A stretch of DNA of 64,000 nt from Lingula anatina (taxonomy: Eukaryota > Animalia > Brachiopoda). This document shows, in pieces, positions 37,301 to 48,600 of the stretch. The notes under the pieces were generated by a model. The model saw only the letters and a program-made list of their open reading frames with translations. It ran no database searches and was not told where the DNA came from. The number at the start of each line of letters is the position of its first letter. Within the stretch, counting starts at the first letter, position 1. The translations under genes and the position numbers were made by a program. Location: assembly GCA_051362555.1 (NCBI GenBank), contig CM120647.1:1302001-1366000 (forward strand), read 5' to 3'.

Positions 37301-38842
37301 GGGTATCCATTGACAGCGTAAGGGATCACATTCCTTTCAACTAGGAGACCATTCAGAGCACAAGATCCGAGGATTTATTGTTCCTTGGATCAAATATGGC
37401 GGTCCGCTAACGGTCCTCCCACCTCCACACGCGCTGTAAATTCTCGGATCTTCTATTCTGAATGGCCGGTATATGTTATAGTGCATGTAGTTCACCCAGG
37501 CAACAGTTAGATCCCATTCCCAAAAAATTAGATCGATCTACTTTAGATCAACCTAACTCCCTAAGTTAATTACCCCCTTACAGCTTGTAATAGGCGGGAC
37601 GGAAATTTAAGCCGGATTATCTGACAGTAATATAGGGAGACTCCCCGCGGGGATAGATCGATCTAAAAGCTCTGGGGATACGCCCTTAAACTCCAAGTTA
37701 TTTTCACTCCAATTTCCGTGTTCCACAAGACGGCTTTAATGAATGAGGCAACTGTAGCACGTGCGTCTGTAGTCTAGCAGTTTATACACCTCCGTTTCTT
37801 GAAGAGAAAACTATTTTTCAAACGATCCTGACATCATGTTCGCCTTGTAAAATACCTATTCTTAATAAATGATAATTATTAAACAAAAGCCGAAAAGCTT
37901 TCATACCGTTAGCTTACCGTAAGTTTTTCGGCTTGTATTTCATAATTTTTATTTATGACCCAATTACCACCCTAATTAACAATTCTCCTCAACATTTCTT
38001 AATGTTCTTCCAGCATTCAATGACAGTAGAAGCCCTGGACGGTAATCGTATACAAGACATGGAGGTGGTAGATTATCTCATAATCCACACTGGCGAGAGA
38101 TATGATATAGAGGTCGCCACTGACCAATACAGGGAGCATCCCATACAACCCGTCAATGACGGACATTTCTGGATAAGAGTTGAGTCTTTGGAAGAAGCAG
38201 ACCAGGTGAGTACATGTATCTATGACGTCATATGACGTAATACCCTACGTCAGTTAAGGCCTCTCATTTTCATAAATAATGACAAAATTAAAAGAACAGA
38301 CAATTATTCAGGTGGTAAAGAATTTACATTGGTAATGGAAATTCCAACTGCGCAGGCGACCTGCATGTGCTTCTTGAGTTTTCTACAGTGACGCGTACAT
38401 GCCATTAATCGATGAATTTGGAATCTAATTCAACTAAAACTACAGCTACATCCTCCCAGAAATACATCGATTTTATGTGATTTCATTTATTTCATCGCAG
38501 TTAAAACCAATTATCAATCCCAAAACAGGCTGGGCAATTCTGAAGTATGAAGGAAGTCCCAGCAGAGCGAAGCCGTTCACCACACCCAAGCAATGCCCCC
38601 AGTCCAACCCATGTGAGGTGCTCAACTGTCCTTTTAGGTGAGGAATTCTCAAACTGTTATTCTTTAACTGCATGCTTCTACAATGTACCAACTGTGTTCG
38701 ACGCGGAGAAATGGGAATTATTAAACCATTTAGCTATTAACTAACAAATGCCTTTGCTAGTTCATGTCTTAAAGCAATCCGGAAGTGTGATAAAATATAT
38801 TAGGAAACGAACCATTTCGCATGTGCGTGTGAGTGTGTGCTA

Positions 38843-38892
<50 letters not shown>

Positions 38893-41800
38893 GCAAGAGC
38901 ATTAGAGTACATGTATGGGTGTGTGCGTGTTTGAGTGAGAGAGAGAGAGGAGAAAGAGAGAGAGGAGAAAGAGAGAAGAAGGCATTGCCGCCGTCTTAGC
39001 CTCCTGCGATATCCAGGATTATTGGTTAAAGAAGCGATCTACACGTCTGTTTACACAGGGACTACCGACCCGTGGGAGGCAATTATTACACCTGTATCCC
39101 AATAAGCCGGACCAAAGCTCTCGGCAGCATTATTGACAGGTACCCTGTTCCCATGCCTACCTCTGATGACGACTTCCAACAGATATTCCTCAACTTTCAT
39201 TTCTCAGGTAAGTTGCTGCAATGACGTATTTGTAAACTTTTGGACCGATGCCCTCCACTTCAGCTAATCTGATCCAAATGTAGCAAAAAGAGTTTAATTA
39301 ACATTCTTGTTAGGCTGTTACACAGAATTAGTAAATTAGATTTTAAAAAAAGAATAAAAGACAACTGTATAAAAAAGATATAATGCACATACTAGTGTAA
39401 AGTAGTAAATTGCACTTCACGTCTACTTTGAAATATTTGCTTACATTTTAATTTTTAAAAAATGCATTCTCAGTATCTCAGTTTTGTGACGACAGGTTCC
39501 AACGCAGTGCGATCATCAATCAACGGCCATTTGTTTCGCTTCCCAAGGGTTCCCCCGCAGGTAAAGTTATCTCCTTGACATTTAGACGACAATAGAATAG
39601 AACATTATACAATAGACTGGACATACATGTTTTATAGACCGACATAGTTCGAGGGAAATTGGTCAAACATGCGCGATTTTTTTCTCATTTACTAATGACG
39701 TTTTAGGCTTTAAACAAACCGTTGGAGTCACAATCAAGCCAGGCCCCAGTTTCACAAAAAAAAAAAAAAAAAAAAAAAAATTAAGTCAGTTTACTGGTTT
39801 AGACGACTAGGATTTCCATGAGAATTCTGTAACACTGCTCCTGATAGGGTAAAATGTGCCCATGTGACCTCGTAACCTTGGTAATTAAGTTCTTAGCTGG
39901 GGAACCTGACTTAAGTTTTTTTGTGAAGCAGCGGCCAATACACACTTCACATATGCTGTGATATGAACGTGATCATTAATTGTTTGAAGTTGCCTTTTGA
40001 TGTTTGTTTCTAGTTGTATCCGGACCAGGATCCTCTCTATGAGTGTGATGAGCCCTGTACAGGAGATTGCTACTGTACGTATTCAGAGAAACTGAAGTTA
40101 AACAACGTCATACAGATCGTCATAATGAACATGGGGATAGGTGAGACACATTGTTTACATTCGTTTCATAGCATTCACACATAATTAAGGTCAGACACAT
40201 TGTCTACATTCGTTTGAAAGCATTCATAAATAAGTAAGGTAAGACACATTGTTTACATTCGTTTCATAGCATTCACACATAATTAAGGTCAGACACATTG
40301 TCTACATTCGTTTGAAAGCATTCATAAATAAGTAAGGTAAGCCACATTTTTCGACATTCGTTTCTAAGCATTAATAAATACGCAAGGTAAGAGACATTCT
40401 CTGCATTCGCTTCATGGAATAATAGACACATAAAGGAGTAAGAAATAACTAGGTACTTAGACCCCATTCCCATAACTAGATCGATATAGCAGGATCGACC
40501 CATCTCCATCTCGCTAAATTGCTTTGAGCTTAAGCGGCCCTGATGTCTGTCACGCCTACTGAAGCTATTAGAGGGCAATAAACTGTCGTTAAGCAGCTTC
40601 AGTAGGCGTGCAAGAAATATAAGCTGCGTAAGCTGAGGCTTCATTCACATGCAATGTCTATTTTCTAAATTCTATTTTCTATTCGCGGTATGTCTTATGA
40701 TCACGGTCTGTGCCCTGAATATCCCGCGGCGTAATTACTGGCAGCGCGAGCCAGTTACTATAAGTTACTATAAGTAACTGGCTCGCGCTGCCAGTAATTA
40801 CGCGGCGGGATATTCAGGGCACAGACCGTGATCATAAGATAGCGCGAATAGAAAATAGATTTTTAGAAAATAGACATTGCATGTGAACGAAGCCTGAGAT
40901 TTAGCGGTTCTGGCCTACGTGACTGACTTTGTCCGATATATTTCACATATTTGTTCGATATTTCAGGTCAGCCGGGAACCGCTCATCCAGTCCACATTCA
41001 CGGCCACCACTTCCACGTGCTCAAGATAGGCTACCCACAATACGACAGCGACTTCCGGTTCCTGGCCGACACCGACGATATCAGGTGTAAGGACCCCTTC
41101 TGCAGCAGCGCTGAGTGGAGCGATGCCACCTGGGATGACTACACAGTATGGAACAACACTGCCAGGCGAATTAGACCGCCTGATGTTAACGCCAACGCCA
41201 ACACTAACACCAGTGACGTCGGGGCAGGTGACGTTGGAGCAGGTGGCGTCGGGGCAGGTGGCGTCGGGGCAGCGGAGCCGTGGATTCCGGAGATAAACGT
41301 GATCGACCCGCCCTTGAAGGATACCGTGGTCGTACCGGTAGGAGGGTACGTGGTGGTTCGCTTCCGGGCGGACAACCCAGGTATGTTTTTTTCTGATTTT
41401 TGTACAAAGTTCGGTGACTTGTAGGCCCATGAGGCCGATTGATTTGTATAACTATATTGCACGTTAATAAATAAAAACTATACTATCACACGTTAATAAA
41501 TAAAAACTATACTAGTATACTGTAAAGTGGTGACCAGATAACGTACAGTGATCGGTTCCAAACGATTTAACAGACAGCTGAGAGCTCCTTTAAAGTTGCC
41601 TCTGTTTTAAAGAATATCACTTTTAAAGTACGGTTCACTTGATGTCATTTAATCGGCAAAATAGTTGTCTTATTTAATTTTTAATTTAGTTAATTTTATA
41701 TCAATTCTGATTAATATTATAGAAATAGGGGGGGGGGGCCAATATTGTTTTTTGTTATCTCAAATAATTAATTATTTGACCAATTTAGTATTTGTACCTA

Positions 41801-42101
41801 GATAATTGTTTTCTTGTTTCCAGGCTGGTGGTTTGTTCACTGTCACATAGAGGTCCACACAGTAGAAGGGATGGCTATGGTCCTCCAGGAGGGGGAACAG
41901 TCAGAAATGCCCCCAGTACCCAGTAAAATCCCAAGGTGTGCCAATTTCGAGATGAACGATAAAGAGTTCGACGAGGCACTGCAATGGAAACCAAATGTCG
42001 CAAATCTAGGGAGCTCGAAAGCCTCTGGCGCAGCGGCTACTCGTTTTCATAGTCTCCCTCGTCTACTAATACCTACATTATGTTTTCTATACAGTTGGTA
42101 G
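31317..42101 (+). CDS. Multicopper oxidase (laccase-like), 13 exons, 799 aa, signal peptide and probable GPI-type tail
   Basis: Exons: 31317-31617, 33170-33270, 33781-33926, 34993-35107, 35628-35850, 37166-37317, 38014-38205, 38501-38637, 39059-39207, 39496-39560, 40014-40140, 40967-41380, 41824-42101. All introns are GT-AG with compatible phases, total 2400 nt. Motifs: [68 protein letters not shown]. Confidence 0.95.
32303..32449. mobile_element. PIF/Harbinger-like MITE (~147 bp; TIR GGCYCCGTATCTCG), CTG target-site duplication
   Basis: ctg|ggccccgtatctc...gagatacgggacc|ctg. The paralogous site at ~28244 is empty (tgt ctg gttacgcccctg). The body is the reverse complement of 44451-44598. Confidence 0.9.
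34103..34248. mobile_element. PIF/Harbinger-like MITE, same TIR family, CAG TSD
   Basis: cag|ggctccgtatctcgaaaggttcgctatgttgcgcacgtgcgcaag...cttgcgcacgtgcgcaacatagcgaacctttcgagatacggagcc|cag; ~45-bp perfect inverted arms. Confidence 0.9.
34417..34585. mobile_element. MITE with CAGGGGCGGATCCAG-type TIR; related ends at ~33744-33758
   Basis: caggggcggatccag ... ctaaatctgcccctg; no convincing TSD seen. Confidence 0.6.
36097..36480. mobile_element. Probable non-autonomous Helitron/Helentron-associated (HINE-like) fragment with ~157-bp internal tandem repeats
   Basis: Begins tttttatg, has a (gtc)-rich microsatellite, then two diverged units ttgaaact(t/c)aca...ggtc(a/g)agttc(a/g)aaaatcagc at ~36214 and ~36372. 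Confidence 0.45.
37511..37680 (-). mobile_element. ~200-bp MITE family with TAGATCGATCTA subterminal palindromes (copy 1, inverted)
   Basis: Reverse complement of the copies at ~45015-45213 and ~53197-53406 (shared ccccgcggg and tacaagctgtaagggggtaattaact). Confidence 0.8.
39742..39936. mobile_element. MITE with imperfect TIRs (ggccccagtttcacaaaaa..ttaagtcag / ctgacttaag..ttttgtgaagcagcggcc)
   Basis: Inverted ends visible; GGC terminus is Harbinger-like. Confidence 0.6.
40141..40445. repeat. 49-bp minisatellite (~6 units) beginning exactly at the exon-11 splice donor
   Basis: Units start gtgagac (40141), gtcagac (40190), gtaagac (40239), gtcagac (40288) and gtaagcc (40337). Confidence 0.88.
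40637..40894. mobile_element. 258-bp near-perfect foldback MITE, TGA TSD (Harbinger-like)
   Basis: tga|ggcttcattcacatgcaatgtctattttctaaa...tttagaaaatagacattgcatgtgaacgaagcc|tga; the arms pair almost to the centre (agttactataagttactataagtaact). Confidence 0.9.
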
Positions 42102-42256
42102 ATGATTTGAAATGAAAGGACTATCATCTATCCCTCAAGTCAATTAGACGTGATTGTATGGGCCTCTACTACATGACAACGCACTGTGTTGATAAAAACA
42201 ACCGGGAAGCAATGTTTTGCTATTCAGAGAAGAATTTCAACAGCTGTATAATGTTA

Positions 42257-42426
42257 TAAGAATGAGGTATTTTTTTTTCTCCAGTCAACAGCTTAATATT
42301 GAAACAGCTTTACCTCCAATATCATCCCCTGATCAAGATGTCCTGTTAGACATCGAAATATTGGAGGTACTGTAAAACTATTTCAATATTAAGCTGTTGA
42401 CTAAAGGAAATTTTACTGCATTCTTA
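42257..42426. repeat. Inverted repeat/foldback downstream of the oxidase stop (likely 3' UTR)
   Basis: agtcaacagcttaatattgaaa...ctccaatat pairs with atattggag...tttcaatattaagctgttgact. Confidence 0.8.
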
Positions 42427-42647
42427 ATATTGTACTATGTATAAAACTAATTCATGAAGTGTTATATTTTCATTAACAGTCTTCTAAGCAACACCTTATT
42501 AGCAACTTACGAATCGGAAAAAATCGCACTTTTTTCTCAGTAACACTTGCAGCACCAACATTTACTAGTCCGTCGCTCTCGTCCAGCCTCTTTTATTACC
42601 GTACGAACTGTACACTACGTCTCTGTATGTTGTATTTTGAGGTCAAA

Positions 42648-42883
42648 GAGCGTCTTCAGAACGGATGATCCGCTGTCTAACTGATCCGCCGACTAAATAA
42701 GGCCGACCCCTCTTAAAAGCAAGCCGACTAACCTCCTGGCGGTTTCCCCGCCATCACATTCGCCATTAAACGGATTTAATCTCGATCCCGAATTTTAATT
42801 GCTAGGCTCCTGTTTCATGTGGATCGGCCATATTTCGTCCGCGGATCAGTTAGTACGCGGATCAACTTGTTTCAAATGCGCTC
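42648..42883. mobile_element. Diverged MITE with ~43-bp imperfect TIRs
   Basis: gagcg...tgatccgc..ctaactgatccgc pairs with gcggatcagttag..gcggatca...cgctc. Confidence 0.6.
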
Positions 42884-44301
42884 AAAGCCTCTCTTCCCTG
42901 TAGTTGATTATGGAAAATGACGACCATTTTCCAGTGCTATGAAATACCCACTGAGCGTATGATTGGTTTAAATTATTAATATAACTAAGTGTTGTTATGT
43001 CATTACTAAGTATATGTATTTATATTATGACATGAGTTTTGTTACATTTAACAATTCCTTTTTTTTTCGTACTAAGTGTCTCCATACATGTATATGCATA
43101 TCTTGTCGCGTATAACTTGCAACGTCGTTAAAGGGATAATATCTCTTCGTTCTAACCAAAAATGAATTTTCCTAGAGTAAACAACAATTTTCCCATGCTT
43201 ACCAATGGTTAATGAATCCATTTTTACATTCAAAGTTAGTCCCTGTTTTTTTTCTAAAAACCTTTTTTTTTTGTAAAAATCTCTTAAGAGATTATAACAG
43301 AGTATAGCCATCAATGAAGGTCACATGGTCAGATGACAAGCTCAGATATCAGAATAATAGCTATAACTACCGTTTATGTGGTAAAACAGAATATAATATA
43401 TTTGTATGAATTGTTCACAATTTTTTTTTATTGTGAAATATAGATCTCATACGAAGAGTTATTATCCCTTTAAACTGTTGAGATAATTGCAAGTCAACAG
43501 AATATTGGAATTTTCTTTCTGTCCCATTGCCTGAAAATTTTCACTCGTCAGTGGGACCCATGAGACATCAAGGTATCCTATCCGGGATTTTCCAGGTAGA
43601 TAGAATTTTCCTCGAAAAAAAAAACATTTTCGCCTTTTCTACTCCATGCACAGTGTTTTATATATCGTATAGAACTCTCTCAGTTTAACCGTTACATGTA
43701 TGTCTTCCTGCACATATCAAAAGGGAATATCTTTTTATTTTTATTATTTATTATTTTAATTACTTTTATTTAAATAGATTTATCATTTTAAGGTCTGCAA
43801 TAGGAAAATGTGTTAGCATTGCACCGTATATTGAAAAAGAAAATATAACTTTGGATTATTTTCCAACTCAGGTGATTTATTAGTTATATAATATAATCTT
43901 TATATTATATTATATAATACAATCTTTATTGAGCACTAAAATGTGTATACGTTACATTTTACAGGCTCTTCACTGGTCATAACAACTTTACAACAACTAT
44001 ACAAATCTATACTCGTTTGCTCGTTTGCTCCCTTGCACAACAATGACTTAAGACTAATATTATAGACAACCACGACGCACATTGCGACCCAAAGTGCATA
44101 TTTGAAATTAAAGATAAATAAAACAATTTGAATGAAATATGACTGTCTTGTTGGCAAAATATGTACAGGACACTCTTCATCTTGATTTTGTTTCTTTTAT
44201 ATTAGCCTTCCGAAATGCTTTTTTTTCAAATCTGTAAGCAGTACGTCACTCTATATTTCTCAACACCGTCTAAATAATTTTATATGCATACATCAGAGCT
44301 G

Positions 44302-44598
44302 GGCTCCGTATCTCGGCAAGTTCGCTATGTTGCGCACGTGCGCAAGTATCTCGATTCCATGGCCCCGTATCTCGAAATAAAATCGGTTATGGAATCGAGA
44401 CACTAACGCTCGTGCGCAACATAGGGAACCTTTCGAGATACGGAGCCCAGGGCCCCGTATCTCGAAAGCATCGCGTATTGCGAATCTCTATATCAAATAG
44501 AGGCTACAATGTATTATATGGGACGAGTATGGGCGAGTTATGGAATCGAGACGCTTGCGCACGTGCGCAACACAGCGAAGCTTTCGAGATACGGGGCC
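44302..44598. mobile_element. Two abutting Harbinger-like MITEs (44302-44447 and 44451-44598) sharing a CAG
   Basis: ctg|MITE (same type as 34103)|cag|MITE (same type as 32303)|cag. Both are absent from the paralogous segment at ~45508-45528. Confidence 0.9.
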
Positions 44599-44679
44599 CA
44601 GGTCTATACTTCACAGCGGCTTTGGTGATATTTTGAGGATGTGAAATTAACCGAAAACAAAAATAACTAATAGATAAAG

Positions 44680-44751
44680 TAGCAGAGCTAGGTTTCGATC
44701 CTAGGACCTCGGGGTTATGGGCCCCGCACTCTTCCACTGCGCCACTCTGCT
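44680..44751 (-). tRNA. tRNA-iMet-CAT: Initiator tRNA-Met(CAT), variant with a D-stem mismatch
   Basis: AGCAGAGTGGCGCAGTGGAAGAGTGCGGGGCCCATAACCCCGAGGTCCTAGGATCGAAACCTAGCTCTGCTA. It has A1:U72, the ATCGAAA T loop and a G:C-rich anticodon stem, with C->A at 44730 relative to the other two copies. Confidence 0.93.
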
Positions 44752-45014
44752 GTCATAGACATTACTTGGCAGTATTTTAAGTTTATTCAACGAATTTTTT
44801 GATGCAACACCTTGTTTTCGGGGCTGTGCGGAACTTCCTTCTACCGGGGCGACAGATATTTTATCACATTTTACACCAGCCACACTTACAAGATTGACGA
44901 TATTTAACCAGAGACATTATCTGTGAATATCTGGTGAAAAATCAACCTTTGGCCCTGGTAGAGGGTACTCATAGTAAGGAACGTACCAGTTTAGACATGT
45001 TTGTCTTAGATTTT

Positions 45015-45213
45015 AGATTTTAGATCGATCTATCCCCGCGGGTAGTCTCACTAGATTACTGTCAGATAAACCGAATTAAATGTCCGTTCCGCCTTCTACA
45101 AGCTGTAAGGGGGTAATTAACTTTCGTGCCTGCTCGACTGGCAGCTATTTAGCGTGAACCCCAAGTTAGTTAGGTCGATCTAGTCGGATCGATCTAATCT
45201 CTGGGAATGGGGT
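45015..45213 (+). mobile_element. TAGATCGATCTA MITE (copy 2)
   Basis: Colinear with 53197-53406. Confidence 0.8.
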
Positions 45214-45606
45214 CTTAGCTGACGCGATGAAACGATAAGAAAATGAAAAAGTTCACCAGCTGGAAAATATTAATGATGGCCATGGGGCTTGAAATATCTC
45301 AGTATATGCAGTTGGCCATGCTGGTGGTTCTTTTATTCAGGTAAATTATTTTCTGTTGTGAACTTCTCGTGATCAGTAATTGCTCGTAATTATAAAAGCA
45401 GGGTGTATTTTATCATTACTATTTTAAAAACAATTTAAGCATTTTTCTTATCAAAGAGCAGTACGTCATGTCAAGTCTGCGCGCTCCGTCTAAATAATTT
45501 TATATGCAAACAACATGCCAAATGCTTTATACTTCAAAGCGACTTTGGTGATGATTAGTAGGTTTAGAATAGCCAGGAAAAAAAAGGAACGTACCAAAAC
45601 TGATTC

Positions 45607-45678
45607 TAGCAGAGCTAGGTTTCGATCCTAGGACCTCGGGGTTATGGGCCCCGCACGCTTCCACTGCGCCACTCTGCT
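45607..45678 (-). tRNA. tRNA-iMet-CAT: Initiator tRNA-Met(CAT)
   Basis: AGCAGAGTGGCGCAGTGGAAGCGTGCGGGGCCCATAACCCCGAGGTCCTAGGATCGAAACCTAGCTCTGCTA; full cloverleaf, initiator signatures and downstream T-runs. Confidence 0.97.
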
Positions 45679-48600
45679 GTTATTTTACGTTATGAGTTGA
45701 ATCCTAAGTCTCTTTCATTGAATTTTCTGATGCAATACCTTTTTTCCTCTGGTCATTTTGAAATGTAGTAGTTGAGACGAGGCGGTGCTTGCCGTCACAA
45801 TGAGACGATTGAACATTACCTTATAGCTGGCTAAATATACACATACATGTAAATCTGCATAAATAAATTGTCAGACTATTTTTTTATGAGCGCGCCATTG
45901 TTTTGGTTGCTTGTTTATATTTGATTCATGGTAATACATGTGACGAGTTTTCACTCTAAAACTGTTTTAATAGCAGTGTTTAATACTGTGACAGCGACAT
46001 GTATAGGCCCTACGTATGTGTCCCTGTGTCATTGCGTGGAGGTACGAGGGACAGGGATTTTAAATACAGTTTGATTCCAATATTACAATTTCGCCTTCCT
46101 GTGCATGTAACAATATTCAAACAATGTCGATGTCATGTGCAGGAATCACAGTGACCGAACTTTGAATGAAAAAATAAGCATATATTGTAGTAAAATAGGG
46201 CCTACAGGTAGATAAAGATGGAGATATCATTTTGCATAAGTGAATAAAATGCTGATGAATACGAATATGAAAACCTTGAACTGATCAAAATTCTATCCGT
46301 GCCGTTTACCAATATCACCGCTTTCGTCGACTTCTAAGAAAATGTTACGCAATCATGCCTTATTTGAAATTTAAAATTAAAACAATCATGTCCAACAAAG
46401 GCTTAAGTGTTTTTAATCGCATTTAAGACCATGCACAGGTAGTTGACCTATCTCAGATATACTAAGACAAAAGTCCACACGTACAGTCACATGTATTATA
46501 TTGTCCCCTTTCGAGTAGCACGTGATAACAGGTGCAAAAACTGAAGTGGCCGGTCTCAAATACATTATTGCGAAATTAACGACCAGTCTATTTGTGTATA
46601 AATATTATTATTATTGTTGTCGTTACCACCCGCCGTTATACCTTAGTGACAAAACCGCTGTGCGACTCCACTTTGTTGAAGCAAGCGACCCTAACCCTCT
46701 GTCAAAGACTAAGGTGAAAAGTCGTAATAATACCCCGATTCTTCGACAAAAATAAAAAATTCAAGGCTCAAATTTCTGGAGAATTTCCGTACTAAGCACC
46801 TTGGTCGATAGGCGATTGGGACGGCTCGCTGAATGCTGTGTGGTATTGAACAAAACTACCAGGCGGGGTTTTTACTACGACTTAATGACGTCATACTACA
46901 GTGAAACTATTTTAATGATGATGGTCGGGTCGCAGCGACGTACTTAACATGACTTGCCTATGTTAGTTTAAGTTTTGGCTTATGTTTTTTCTGTGTTCTC
47001 GTCTTAACAAATAGTGAGGACAATGAAAGTGACTGAGAAAGGAGAAGAAAATGACGAACTTGGACAATATGTCCACAAGCACAGAACAAAGCCTCGAAAC
47101 AGTTACACAAAATCCACTTACTGCTCCTCTTGTGCAACTCAAGCTATTATCAAATGTACTAGTTAACCCCAGATTTAACAACCACCGCTATCTAATAATA
47201 TACTTAACACTATTTTTCGTAAGTTGTAAACAAATTTTAAGCCCAAAAGTAAACAGCGCACTGGATTTAATTATACCTGAAGGTTAAAAACTAACAAAAA
47301 GGTGAGATAGGGCGAGGTGGGTAATTTGATAATTAAAGATAAAGGATAATAAAAGATAGTGTGACAGGCTCAGTCGGAAAACAAAGTGAGATAGATACAC
47401 AGTGCCACAGAAAAAACTCCGCGTATCATAAATATCTCGGAAGCCAATTAAGCAGCTTATTTTCATTATTATCATTCAAATATCTTTGAATTAACATAAA
47501 CAAATAAGCCGCATGCAATAAAATCGTGGTAATCTCTTGAAGTCAGCCACGAGGAAGAGATGTATAACGTGACTACTTTCCCCAAGACGTCATTGCGATA
47601 AGACGACGTGACAAGCCCAATGATGTTTGAACAGTGTTACGGCGACCTCTGAGTGCATGTTACGCAACTCACGGATCTTAAAACGTCAGAACAATGATAT
47701 CGTTTGATATGATATGCGTACAGTACTTCTGCCTTTACCATGTACCTTTTAATCTGATTGACAAGAAGCACTTAGTCGACATATCTTTCAAAATAAAAAA
47801 AAACGCACTCAGCTCATATCAAAGTATTCATTCACTTCGATTAAACTAAGATGTTCCAAAAGTTTGACCCCCTTGATTAAACATACGTGTAGTTATTAAC
47901 ACGACAAAGAATTAATTAATCCCCATTCATTGTGAGCACTATCTATATAAGTGATATGAAAGTCAATATTGCTGAGGGCTATTATGAACATGCTGATGAT
48001 CGCCTCTGACGTCGTGCATGCATAGAGAACGTGCCTCAGTGTAAACTACTGGTCACTACGAGTGGTACACTAGCTGGGCCTGCTTATTCTGAAATACCCC
48101 CCCCCCCCCCCCCCAACAGTGAAATTCAAAAATTCGCAAGCATTTTCGGTGACTTCACGTTATATTTTTGTTTATGGTTCGTAATTCTTCTGCACGTTGT
48201 GTAAATTCTAAAGCAGTAAAGATGTCTGGTTTGTTAATCTGAATCAAGAAGTTAAGTCCAAGATTCATTTGTTTTGGTTTGATGTTAAAGAGTGGTACTC
48301 CCCACAAATGGTTAGAATGTAACTGAGCAAGCAACCAGTGAACTTTAAATGATTGAAACTGGCTATTGTCGTTAGTTTTGGAATTCCTAATAGCGGTTTA
48401 CACGTAAATATTTTGACCACGATTCTTGGAAATTAGTATTAACGCGCTATCCAACCTAAAAGAATACAGCGGTGACCGCATTTCGAGCCTGTTTGTAATT
48501 TTCATTCATTTGCGAGCTTCCCGTTCAATTTTACTTCAAATTAATCTATCTTCTCTGCTACAAATTGATTTAATATCAGGAAAAGATATTATGTATGTAT

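Noticed and set aside
40963-41462. Antisense ORFs over oxidase exon 12 (and 59435-59938 over tetraspanin exon 2)
   Set aside because: Shadow ORFs of GC-rich coding exons with no independent support.
45243-45340. Possible signal-peptide exon MKKFTSWKILMMAMGLEISQYMQLAMLVVLLF followed by GTAAAT
   Set aside because: No downstream exons or homology identifiable; it lies between a MITE and the tRNA duplication.
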